DNA of 64,000 nt from an uncultured delta proteobacterium. GTDB lineage: Bacteria > Desulfobacterota > Desulfobacteria > Desulfobacterales > UBA2156. The stretch lies in the NCBI GenBank assembly GCA_963736855.1, contig CAVTQK010000006.1:79328-143327 (forward strand), written 5' to 3'. Within the stretch, counting starts at the first letter, position 1; the number at the start of each line of letters is the position of its first letter. Positions 45,537 through 54,600 of this stretch are shown in pieces. Under the pieces are notes generated by a model, which was not told the DNA's origin, did not search any database, and was given only the letters and a program-made list of their open reading frames with translations. Made by a program: the position numbers and the translations under genes.

Positions 45537-48500
45537 ATGAAGATTCTACGCTTTTTTGAAACGAAGGTGTGGCCTCGGACGGCCGGTATTGCAGGATGGC
45601 TTACGCCGTATCTTAAGGCCAACATCTTTTTCGCCAGGGCCTTATCAAGCGTTCCGGCTAATTCCATCGTCTTTTTTCCGGTTGCGATGAACCGTCTGTG
45701 TTGCGGTATTGCCGGAATCATATCATTCGTCCCTCCAAAGAAAATGCAACAGACACCGGATATCCAAGCGGCTGAAAAGCTGTTTGCCCGCATTCGATCC
45801 AACCCGATTTTCTTGCAGGTCGAAAAGGATCCTGAGAGCGGGGACCCGGAAAATCTGCGATCCCGCCTTTTTGATGCCGTTCGAATGCTCAAGCAAGATA
45901 TCCCTTTTTCCCACATCCTTTTGAATCCGCACAGTTACGAGGGTCTGCTGCAACTTGGCCGGGATATCTCCGGTTTTGCGATATCGGAAGACACATGGCT
46001 GGCCGGGAAGATGGGAGTTTTAAAGCCTGAAACCGTGGAATACGCCGTGCATGGCATCGAAACCCTGAAGGACGTATCCTGGTCTCTGCTTTCTGAAATC
46101 GGCGAAAATGTGATCAAGGTGAAGGCACTCCTGAAGGATCAGGAAAAGGACTACCCCTTACACGCGATCCTTACGGCCAAAAAAATCAATTCCGTACTCA
46201 ACAGCATCGACCGCCTTGAAGTCAGGGGCCGGGACTCTGCCGGCATCTCCCTGATTGTGCTTCTCGACAAACCGGTCTTTGATGATTTTCAAAAGGCCCT
46301 GGATGCCCGGGACCTGACCGCATCGTTTCGAGATCGTATGGAAGCGGAATATTTAGTTAATCGGGGAATCGATTGCCGCGAAACCACCTATGAAAACAGT
46401 CGCCCCCTCGTCAGCGTGACTTTGACTTACAAAGTCGCTGCGGAAATCGGGAAACTGGGGGACAATGTCCGTTTTCTTCGAGGACAAATCCGAAATGATT
46501 CCATTTTTCATACCCTGATCCAGCACATTCCCCGGTATTACTCGATATTGTGCCACACCCGATGGGCTTCCATCGGCGGCATCACCGAAGCCAACTGCCA
46601 TCCTGTAGACAACCATTGTCCGGGCACATCATCTCAAAAATCTGGCGTCATTCATGTCTGCTTGAACGGTGATATCGACAATTATCTGGATCTGAAAAGA
46701 ACCTTTGACGAAAACGGGATCCGCATCCACCCCGAGGTCTCAACGGACACTAAAATCATCCCCCTCCAAATTGGAAGCTATCTCAAAAAGGGCTTCGGAG
46801 TCGCGGAAGCGTTCCGCCTGGCGGTCAACGGGTTCGACGGGTCCCATGCCATTGCCATGCACACGGACTTAGCGCCGGGAAAGCTCTTTTTGGCCCAAAG
46901 GGGAAGCGGACAGGCGATTTTCGTCGGCATTGCCCCGGACCATTACATCCCCGCCTCAGAGGTGTATGGTTTCGTGGAAGAAACTCCCGTTTACATCAAG
47001 TTGGAAGGCGACAAAGAAACGGCGGAAAAAACCAAAGGACAGATCTTCATTCTCAATCAGGCTTGCGCCGGCGGGCTTTCAGGCATTTCCGCCATGGGGT
47101 ATGACGGTTCCCCGATCTTGCTTTCGGATGCCGACTTGAAGACCACGGCGATTACCTCCCGGGACATCGATCGACAAGGTTTCTCTCATTACTTTCTGAA
47201 AGAAATCTCCGAATCCCCTCGTTCGGTCAAACAGACCCTCCGGAATCGATGGCATATTGAGGAAGGCCCTCATCGACTGTACAAGGTAAGACTCGATGAG
47301 AAGTCCTTTCCGTCCGCCCTGCGGCAGGCATTCCTTGACAACCAAATCCGACGGATCTTTTTCATCGGCCAGGGAACGGCCGGAGTCGCCGCCGCCGCCT
47401 GCGCTGAGATTTTCAACTATTACCTCAATGACTCTTTGCTGCACATCCACGCAATGAAAGCCACCGAGCTGAGCGGGTTCCGTCTTGACGAAAAAGATGG
47501 GGCGACCGATATGGCCGACGCCCTGGTGGTTGCCATCTCCCAGTCCGGAACCACTACCGATACCAATCGGACTGTGGACATGGTCAGGGAAAGAGGGGCG
47601 CATACTCTGGCTATCGTGAATCGGAGGGACTCGGACATCACTTTCAAGGTTGACGGCATCTTCTATACCAGCAGTGGCCGGGACATCGAGATGTCCGTGG
47701 CTTCCACCAAGGCCTTCTATTCCCAAATCGTGGCCGGGGCGCTCTTGGGCCTTTACATCACTGATCTGAAAAATCGCCGGGACGCCGCGTTTATTTCCAA
47801 AGAGATCCAAAACCTTCTCCGACTCCCGGAGCAGATGGAAACAATTCTTTCCACAAAAGATAAAATCGCTGCATCGGCTGCCAGGCTGGCCGTCACAAAA
47901 ACCTATTGGGCAGTTGTGGGAAGCGGTCCCAACAAGGTGTCCGCAGACGAAATCCGGATCAAACTGAGCGAATTGTGTTATAAAACCATCTCTTCGGACT
48001 ATGTGGAGGATAAAAAACATATCGATCTTTCCTCGGAACCCTTGATTATTGTATGTGCCGCCGGCACTAAAACCACCGTCATTTCCGACATCGTCAAAGA
48101 CACAGCCATCTTTCATGCTCACAAGGCAACCCCCATCGTCATAACCGACGATGGAGATCATCGGTTTGATCCCTATGCCGCAGACGTCTTTCATGTTCCC
48201 ATGGTCGACCAGCACCTCGCCCCCATATTGAATACCCTGGTAGGACACATTTGGGGGTATTACGCCGCCTTGGCCATCAATGAGGGCTCCCGATTCCTCT
48301 TTGATTTTCGGTCAAACCTCCAGAAAATCATAGATGACCACTCAGCAAAAGGGTTGGACATCTACGAATTAATGCTGGAGGAAACGTTTCGGGAAAAAAT
48401 TATTTCATTTTACCATGCATTCCGCAAGAAGAAGGCCGACCACCGGTTCTCCGGCACCATCGGTTTCGACATCGCATCGGAACTGCCCCTTTTGCTCAAA

Positions 48501-49280
48501 TATCTATCCGGCAGGCTCCCGGTGACAGACTTCGAGCTCGATTTCGGTCTCAAGGGGACAGCCTCCAACATGCTGCAATCCCTGTTTCATTATCTGGGCA
48601 AATCCATCAACCAAATGGCCCGACCGGTGGACGCCATCAAGCATCAGGCCAAGACCGTCACTGTCGGGACCAGCCGGATCCGTGAAAAGGTAGAGGGGAT
48701 CCTTTTTGACACCCTTTTTGCACGCCGGTTCGACATCTCCCAGATCACCAACAAGAACGTCATCGTCTTGAAAAATCTGCAGGCGATCATTCGGACGATC
48801 AATGGATCGACCCTATATCGAATCCACGGATTGAATCTGCTGGGAGAACCCTCCGACGAAACCACCATCGAAATGGTGGCAAGGGATGGCACATCCCTTA
48901 CGATCCCTTCCCGCGTCGAAAAGGACACAACGCTGAAAGGTACCAAACGAATCATCGTCCGGGAGGGAAATGTTTACATCGGCAAAGGGCGAAAAGACGA
49001 CCGCAGCATCTTGATCATTCCCATCATCTCCCTTTCCAGCGATCAGCCGAACTTTATCGAACACCTGTTGCTTTTGGATGTCTCCTTCAAAACGGATGTC
49101 TCCTTATCGGACAAGATAAAGGCTCTCGGCGGCAAATACGAACGGATCAAAAACATCGTTCAGGAAAACAGCTTGTCCTGGGAAGACGCCTATCTTAATG
49201 CCATCAAGATGGATGAGCTGTTTGGAAGGTCGGCGGAAAAAATCGGCGAGCAGATCGTCGATCGCTTTAAGAAGGGATGA
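45537..49280 (+). CDS. Giant GlmS-like protein: class-II (Ntn) glutamine amidotransferase domain with a large insertion, two SIS domains and a long C-terminal extension
   Basis: CGIAGI at residues 56-61, RGRDSAG at 230-236, HTRWASIGGITEANCHP, and NGDIDNY. SIS motifs FFIGQGTAG...ISQSGTTTDT and VVGSGPNK. A GlmS-tail-like KTVTVG sits well before the end. 1247 aa, compared with about 609 for GlmS. The start is uncertain (45537 or ATG 45687). Confidence 0.7.
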   Translation: MKILRFFETKVWPRTAGIAGWLTPYLKANIFFARALSSVPANSIVFFPVAMNRLCCGIAGIISFVPPKKMQQTPDIQAAEKLFARIRSNPIFLQVEKDPESGDPENLRSRLFDAVRMLKQDIPFSHILLNPHSYEGLLQLGRDISGFAISEDTWLAGKMGVLKPETVEYAVHGIETLKDVSWSLLSEIGENVIKVKALLKDQEKDYPLHAILTAKKINSVLNSIDRLEVRGRDSAGISLIVLLDKPVFDDFQKALDARDLTASFRDRMEAEYLVNRGIDCRETTYENSRPLVSVTLTYKVAAEIGKLGDNVRFLRGQIRNDSIFHTLIQHIPRYYSILCHTRWASIGGITEANCHPVDNHCPGTSSQKSGVIHVCLNGDIDNYLDLKRTFDENGIRIHPEVSTDTKIIPLQIGSYLKKGFGVAEAFRLAVNGFDGSHAIAMHTDLAPGKLFLAQRGSGQAIFVGIAPDHYIPASEVYGFVEETPVYIKLEGDKETAEKTKGQIFILNQACAGGLSGISAMGYDGSPILLSDADLKTTAITSRDIDRQGFSHYFLKEISESPRSVKQTLRNRWHIEEGPHRLYKVRLDEKSFPSALRQAFLDNQIRRIFFIGQGTAGVAAAACAEIFNYYLNDSLLHIHAMKATELSGFRLDEKDGATDMADALVVAISQSGTTTDTNRTVDMVRERGAHTLAIVNRRDSDITFKVDGIFYTSSGRDIEMSVASTKAFYSQIVAGALLGLYITDLKNRRDAAFISKEIQNLLRLPEQMETILSTKDKIAASAARLAVTKTYWAVVGSGPNKVSADEIRIKLSELCYKTISSDYVEDKKHIDLSSEPLIIVCAAGTKTTVISDIVKDTAIFHAHKATPIVITDDGDHRFDPYAADVFHVPMVDQHLAPILNTLVGHIWGYYAALAINEGSRFLFDFRSNLQKIIDDHSAKGLDIYELMLEETFREKIISFYHAFRKKKADHRFSGTIGFDIASELPLLLKYLSGRLPVTDFELDFGLKGTASNMLQSLFHYLGKSINQMARPVDAIKHQAKTVTVGTSRIREKVEGILFDTLFARRFDISQITNKNVIVLKNLQAIIRTINGSTLYRIHGLNLLGEPSDETTIEMVARDGTSLTIPSRVEKDTTLKGTKRIIVREGNVYIGKGRKDDRSILIIPIISLSSDQPNFIEHLLLLDVSFKTDVSLSDKIKALGGKYERIKNIVQENSLSWEDAYLNAIKMDELFGRSAEKIGEQIVDRFKKG

Positions 49281-49292
49281 GTTGCCCCAGAC

Positions 49293-51641
49293 TCAAGGCG
49301 TGTTCCAAAAAAGCCGGGCTCCCAAAGCATCTAAAAATGCATCTGCGGCATGAGCTTTTAACCAGTCCAAACCCGATTCCTCTAGCGATTTAAAACCCGA
49401 TTCAATGAAGAGTATCCCCAACTCCTGAGAGCCTTCGGTTTGAAGGATCCGGATGAGTTCAGAAACGATAGCTTCCTGAAAAAGCTCCATGAGGGCATGC
49501 AGGGCAAACTCCCTCTTGCGAAAATCCCCCTGGCGTAGATCGGATAAAAGAATTTCCCTGGCCTGGGTCGCTTCAGGAGTCACACTCCGGTTGGATAGGG
49601 CCAGATCGTAATAAAGTTGTTCTGCCTGCGTTTTCGGCTGCCATCCGAACCCGGCAAGGGCCGCCGCCGCTTGATGTCCTGCCCATCGATCCGGCAGGGA
49701 ATCCACCAAGGCGGGTATCGCTTTGGGATCCTTGATCTTTCCCAGTCCCTGGACCGCAAAATATCGGACCTCCGGGCTTCGATGGAATACGACTCCCATC
49801 AATGCGCCAATGGCCGCCGGATTCCCGATCTCCGTCAGAGCTTTGACCGCCCTCCATAGACGGTCCGGGTCCTGTATTTCTACCAACTGCACTAGAGGGA
49901 AAACGGCAAGTTCACCGATTTTGACAAGGATATCCGAACAGCGGCTTTGAATCACCGGATCCGGATCCGACAGGTGTTCGATCAAACCCGGAACAGCCGA
50001 CGCTCCGGTTTCAATTAAAATACCGGTAACCGTTTCTTCGATATGCACATCCGCCCGGTTCAGCAATCTGATCAGCGATTCCACAGCCGGAGCACCTATT
50101 TTTCTTAAAGTGGCTTCGGCCAGGCTTTGAACGGGTGATTCCGGATCCTCCATGGCCTGGATCAAGGGCGAAACCGCCGGCTTACCTATTTTAGCCAGAG
50201 CTTCTGCAGAAACCTCCCGCATCTCCGGTTCTTCAGCCCCCAAGGTTTTCATCAAGGGGGCGATACCCTTTTCATCTCCAATCTCTCCGAGGGCTTTGAC
50301 GCAACGGATCCGCATTGCCAAATCATCGGTTTTCAATCCCTCTTTGAGAAACGGTACTGCCGGAGAGCCGATGGCCGAAAGAAGCCGAACCGCCAGATCT
50401 CCTGTGGAAAGAGCATCCTCTTTGAGAATGGACATTAAAGGCTCCACTGCTGGAACCCCGATGGCAGGCACCACGTCCATCACTAAATCCTCGAATCGGG
50501 TTGGATCGGATGCCATTTCAATGAATAGGGGAGGCACGGCCTTGGCCCCGATTCCAATCAGTGCGGTGACAGCCACCTGCCGGGCACTTCCGTTTGCCGC
50601 TGCCGCCTGCATGAGAGGAATGACGGATGCTTCTCCTATGCTAATCAGCGCATCGGATGCAGCCCGACTTAGAAAAGGATCCTCCTTTTCGAGCGCTCTG
50701 ATCAGGAATTCAACCGTCCGTTCATCTTTGATCTCACCCAATGCTTTCGCGGCCAGCCGGGCAACCTCCAAGTCCGTATCTTCAACGGCCCGGATCAGCG
50801 GTTCCACAGCAACGGATCCGATCTTCGCTATGGCATGCGGTATCTCGTGCAGTCCCGGTGAGGCCTTTTCATAGAGCGCTTCCATGATCGGTCCTACGGC
50901 TCTTTCATCGCCCAGATCGCCAAGGGCGATTGTTGCTGCAATACGAACCCTGTCCGGAAAGGGTGATCCAAAGGCTACAAGTAAAGGCGGAAGCGCCGAT
51001 GGATCCTTGATCTTTCCTAGAATCCGGGCCGATGCTTCCTGAATATGAACATCGACATGTTTCAGTGAAGCGATCAAAGGCACAACCGCCTCTGACCCGA
51101 ACCCGATGAGCACCTGTTCCGTCACATACCGCACGCCCGGGTCATCGTGATCCAAAAGACGGATCAAGGTCGCCACAGCTCCTGGGTGGTCAATGGCTCC
51201 CAGAGCCAAAACAGCGCTTTGAACCACTTCGGGATCCGGATCCTGTAACAGCGCCATCAGGTTCGGCATCCATCCAGGGTCCTTTGTCCGACCCAAAGTC
51301 CGGGCTGCGTCCATTCTCGTTTCCGGTTCAGGGTCTCCGAGATTCAGAACCGTTTGTCGAGAAACAGAGGCGCAGCCCTGTATGAATATCAAGATGGAGA
51401 AGGTAACCGAAAATAGACTGTGACAGAATGTTTTCCACCCACATATCCGTTGTCGGAAGCAGGCACGCCCGTCTCGGCAAATCAAGCCGACGCTAAACCA
51501 AGTCCCTTTTTGAATCTGGATGTCGATGATTTTTTCAGGCACCTTAAAATTTTCCTTCCCGGCGGATTGCATTTGCTGAAATACGATAAGGTCGAACCGG
51601 CGGATTGTGCATCTTAGCGGATTATCCCCTTCGGTTGTCAA
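49293..51641 (-). CDS. HEAT-repeat (PBS-lyase type) protein, probable lipoprotein
   Basis: More than 15 repeats of the pattern D..VR..A..ALG.IGD..AV.PLI..L. A lipobox-like FSILIFIQGCAS lies about 90 residues into the ORF. The start is uncertain. Confidence 0.7.
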   Translation of the reverse strand: MTTEGDNPLRCTIRRFDLIVFQQMQSAGKENFKVPEKIIDIQIQKGTWFSVGLICRDGRACFRQRICGWKTFCHSLFSVTFSILIFIQGCASVSRQTVLNLGDPEPETRMDAARTLGRTKDPGWMPNLMALLQDPDPEVVQSAVLALGAIDHPGAVATLIRLLDHDDPGVRYVTEQVLIGFGSEAVVPLIASLKHVDVHIQEASARILGKIKDPSALPPLLVAFGSPFPDRVRIAATIALGDLGDERAVGPIMEALYEKASPGLHEIPHAIAKIGSVAVEPLIRAVEDTDLEVARLAAKALGEIKDERTVEFLIRALEKEDPFLSRAASDALISIGEASVIPLMQAAAANGSARQVAVTALIGIGAKAVPPLFIEMASDPTRFEDLVMDVVPAIGVPAVEPLMSILKEDALSTGDLAVRLLSAIGSPAVPFLKEGLKTDDLAMRIRCVKALGEIGDEKGIAPLMKTLGAEEPEMREVSAEALAKIGKPAVSPLIQAMEDPESPVQSLAEATLRKIGAPAVESLIRLLNRADVHIEETVTGILIETGASAVPGLIEHLSDPDPVIQSRCSDILVKIGELAVFPLVQLVEIQDPDRLWRAVKALTEIGNPAAIGALMGVVFHRSPEVRYFAVQGLGKIKDPKAIPALVDSLPDRWAGHQAAAALAGFGWQPKTQAEQLYYDLALSNRSVTPEATQAREILLSDLRQGDFRKREFALHALMELFQEAIVSELIRILQTEGSQELGILFIESGFKSLEESGLDWLKAHAADAFLDALGARLFWNTP

Positions 51642-51736
51642 TGAAAAAGCGGCAACCTTGTTAAAACTTGGGTTTCAAGAACGGGATTACTTTTTTCTCC
51701 TTGAAAAGAGTCGCTGTTTTTCTTAAAATTCGGATT

Positions 51737-52483
51737 ATGGGATACGTCTTTGACTTCAATGATGCTCTATCATATGAAATTTGGCTGGCGGATCCAAAAA
51801 ATCAGTCCACCTTGAGGCTTCAAACACAGCTTGTCTTTGATTTGCTCCAACCGTCTCCCGGAGAAACGCTTCTTGACATCGGGTGCGGCGCCGGATTTCA
51901 TCTGTCGGCTTTTGCGAGCCAAAAACTTCAAGTCACCGGAATCGATCCTTCCCCATACCTGCTTGATATCGCTTATAAAACCCTGGGAAATCGGGTGGAC
52001 CTGCATCGGGGTTTTGCCGAAGATCTTCCCTTTGACGACAATGAATTCAATTACGCGTGTCTGATTACCGTTCTGGAATTCGCTGAAAATCCCCAAAAAG
52101 CCCTTCAGGAGGCGTTTCGGGTGGCCAAGGATCGGGTGATCCTGGGGATATTGAACCGATATGCCCTCAAGGGATTGGAACGCCGAATTAAAGGGATTTT
52201 CACTCATACCATTTATAACAGAGCTCGATTTTTCAGTATCTGGGAGATCAAACGTATGGCTTTTTCACTCTTGGGTGAGGTCCCTATCACCTGGGGAACG
52301 ATATGCCAGCTCCCGATTTCTACCAGCCGAATGGCCAGACGGATCCAGATGTCTCCGATGATACAGCGGTGGCCCTTTGGGGCCTTTGCAGCCATTTCCG
52401 TGACGCTGGCTCCGCGCTTCAGGACCTGGTCGCTTCCATTGGAATTTGGAGCCAAACACACCATCAGCTCTTTAACGGGGTGA
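51737..52483 (+). CDS. Class I SAM-dependent methyltransferase
   Basis: Motif I LLDIGCGAGFHL, motif post-I, and DDNEFNYACLITVLEF. The start is taken as ATG 51737 (MGYVFDF). Confidence 0.7.
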   Translation: MGYVFDFNDALSYEIWLADPKNQSTLRLQTQLVFDLLQPSPGETLLDIGCGAGFHLSAFASQKLQVTGIDPSPYLLDIAYKTLGNRVDLHRGFAEDLPFDDNEFNYACLITVLEFAENPQKALQEAFRVAKDRVILGILNRYALKGLERRIKGIFTHTIYNRARFFSIWEIKRMAFSLLGEVPITWGTICQLPISTSRMARRIQMSPMIQRWPFGAFAAISVTLAPRFRTWSLPLEFGAKHTISSLTG

Positions 52484-52486
52484 CAT

Positions 52487-53503
52487 ATGGAAGCGGTTCT
52501 CTATGATAAACAGGCGGATAAGCTATTGGTAAATTGCCGGCTTTGCAACCATCGCTGCCTCATACCGGAAGGAAAACGCGGGATCTGTGGGGTTCGGGAA
52601 AACCAATCCGGCATTCTGAAAACCCTGGTCTACGGTAAACTCGTTGCCCAACACGTTGACCCTATTGAGAAAAAGCCGCTTTTTCATTTTTTACCCGGGA
52701 CCCTTTCTTATTCCATCGCCACGGCAGGATGCAATTTCAAGTGTGATTTTTGCCAGAATGCAGACATCTCGCAGATGCCCTCGGATAGAGGGGGCATGAT
52801 CCTGGGGAAAGATTCAACACCCCAAGATATTGTGGACGCCGCCCTTGGATCTCAGTGCGACAGCATTTCTTATACCTACACGGAACCCACCGTCTTTTTC
52901 GAATTTGCATTTGATACGGCCCGCCTCGCCCATGATAAGGGGCTTAAAAATGTTTTTGTGACCAATGGATATATGACTTTAGAGGCTCTGGATAGGATCC
53001 GGCCTTTCCTGCATGCAGCCAATGTGGATCTCAAGGCTTTCCGCGACAGCTTTTACAAGAAGCACTGCGGTGCAAAGCTTGAACCGGTTAAAGAAACTCT
53101 GATCCATATGAAATCTTTGGGGATCCTTGTTGAGGTAACCACCTTGTTGATTCCGGAGCTTAATGACGATCCCGCAGAATTAAAGGAGCTGGCCGCCTTT
53201 TTAGCCGAATCCCTCGGGACGGATACGCCATGGCATATCAGCCGGTTTCATCCCACCTACCGGCTGATGGATCGTCCCGTCACTCCGGTGCAAACCCTCA
53301 GGAACGCCCGCCGCATCGGCACTGAGGCTGGGTTGAAATACGTTTACATGGGAAACGTCCCCGGAGAAGATGGAGAAAAGACCTTTTGCCCTGCCTGCAA
53401 GGCGCTGCTCATTGACCGATGGGGATTCTCTGTAAAGAAAAATGTTATTGAAGCCGGCCGGTGTCCCCGCTGCGGTGCCGCGATCGAAGGGGTCTGGGGA
53501 TGA
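52487..53503 (+). CDS. AmmeMemoRadiSam-system radical SAM enzyme (PFL-activase-like)
   Basis: N-terminal CRLCNHRC...GICGVR cluster, the radical SAM CNFKCDFCQN motif, and C-terminal CPAC...CPRCG. Confidence 0.75.
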   Translation: MEAVLYDKQADKLLVNCRLCNHRCLIPEGKRGICGVRENQSGILKTLVYGKLVAQHVDPIEKKPLFHFLPGTLSYSIATAGCNFKCDFCQNADISQMPSDRGGMILGKDSTPQDIVDAALGSQCDSISYTYTEPTVFFEFAFDTARLAHDKGLKNVFVTNGYMTLEALDRIRPFLHAANVDLKAFRDSFYKKHCGAKLEPVKETLIHMKSLGILVEVTTLLIPELNDDPAELKELAAFLAESLGTDTPWHISRFHPTYRLMDRPVTPVQTLRNARRIGTEAGLKYVYMGNVPGEDGEKTFCPACKALLIDRWGFSVKKNVIEAGRCPRCGAAIEGVWG

Positions 53504-53519
53504 TACAGTAGGCTACCCC

Positions 53520-53780
53520 TTATTTCAAACCGGCCTCGTAACAGCGGCGCTCCATATAATATCGGGTTTTAGGGTCATACGCCGCTTCGTTTTCATGGAT
53601 ATATTTCGCGCCCCCCTCCCAGGCTCCGCAGGCTAGTACCACGGTGTCCCCAAGCGAAAATTTCTTGCCACATGCAGGACACCCCTCTGCATTGAGGGAG
53701 TTGACCTTCTCAAGATCGAGCATGAGTTTTTCCTCTTTTTTCACAAATCCTCCCACTCTTCGATTCCCAAAATCCGACAC
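53520..53780 (-). CDS. Small hypothetical protein with a CPAC motif
   Basis: 86-aa ORF; the alternative start is MLDLEKV. No family recognised. Confidence 0.35.
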   Translation of the reverse strand: MSDFGNRRVGGFVKKEEKLMLDLEKVNSLNAEGCPACGKKFSLGDTVVLACGAWEGGAKYIHENEAAYDPKTRYYMERRCYEAGLK

Positions 53781-53813
53781 CTTCCGTCGCCTGATTATAT
53801 TTTGAGCTCCGGC

Positions 53814-54308
53814 TTAATTCAGGCGCACACGCTTTTTGAGGCGCTGAGCGCTCTTTTCATCCCTGAAGGAGACGAGTGTGATCGGTGAGTGACGGAACAT
53901 TTTTTCCGCCACAGATCCCACCAGGAAGTGTTCCAATTCCGTGTGCGCCTTGATCCCGACGACGATCATATCGGCCCCCTCTTCAACGGCAACCCGGATC
54001 AGGGTTTCCGTCGGATGGCCGACCTTGAATATCGATTTGAATCTTTGCTGAGGGAATGCTGTTTCTTGAATCAGGGAGTCAAGAAGGCGCTGCCGGTCTT
54101 CTTTCAGCCGAGCCACATAATTCTCACCGCTGATTTCATACCCCATCAGGGCAATCTTCGAGATGCCGTCCACATCTCTTTCATTGATGACATTAACGGC
54201 CACAAGATCGGAATTCAGCTTTAAAGCAAGCCCTGCGGCAAAATCAAACAGCTCGGATACATTCTCCGAAAATTCCATGGCAACCATCACCTTGCGGATT
54301 TCTTTCAT
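53814..54308 (-). CDS. Universal stress protein (UspA family)
   Basis: IRKVMVAMEFSENS...ADMIVVGIKAHTELEHFLVGSVAEKMFRHSPITLV is typical of the Usp fold. Confidence 0.8.
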   Translation of the reverse strand: MKEIRKVMVAMEFSENVSELFDFAAGLALKLNSDLVAVNVINERDVDGISKIALMGYEISGENYVARLKEDRQRLLDSLIQETAFPQQRFKSIFKVGHPTETLIRVAVEEGADMIVVGIKAHTELEHFLVGSVAEKMFRHSPITLVSFRDEKSAQRLKKRVRLN

Positions 54309-54501
54309 AAGAGCCTCCTCACACAGAGAAAGTACGCTATTTATAAAAAGCAGATGATCAGTTGGATTACCTGAATAGATAGTAATTCAGAACAATAGCT
54401 TTTCGACATGATATCCGAACACGGATTTTTAGAATTTTATATCAAAACAAAATCCGCGGCACAAGCCTGGATTAAAAACGATTTTCGGTATCCTTGAAAA
54501 C

Positions 54502-54536
54502 GAAACGCCTGGCCGAAAATATTGGCCGGGCGTTTC
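54502..54536. terminator. 13-bp hairpin terminator candidate downstream of metF
   Basis: gaaacgcctggcc-gaaaatatt-ggccgggcgtttc, flanked by T-rich tracts on both strands. Confidence 0.55.
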
Positions 54537-54600
54537 TTTGAATGATCCTGTCAGGAGCAAGCGATCCGGAACGTTTTGTCGTCGGTCCTTTCTGCCGTAA

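Noticed and set aside
47079-48248. 389-aa ORF on the minus strand
   Set aside because: It is antisense to the SIS-domain region of the giant GlmS-like gene. A shadow ORF with low-complexity Gly/Asp content.
50152-50874. 240-aa plus-strand ORF, and the possibility of a DNA-level repeat array in 49.3-51.6 kb
   Set aside because: The ORF is antisense to the HEAT-repeat gene. The periodicity comes from diverged protein repeats of about 31 aa, not from identical DNA repeats with spacers, so this is not a CRISPR or tandem-repeat locus.
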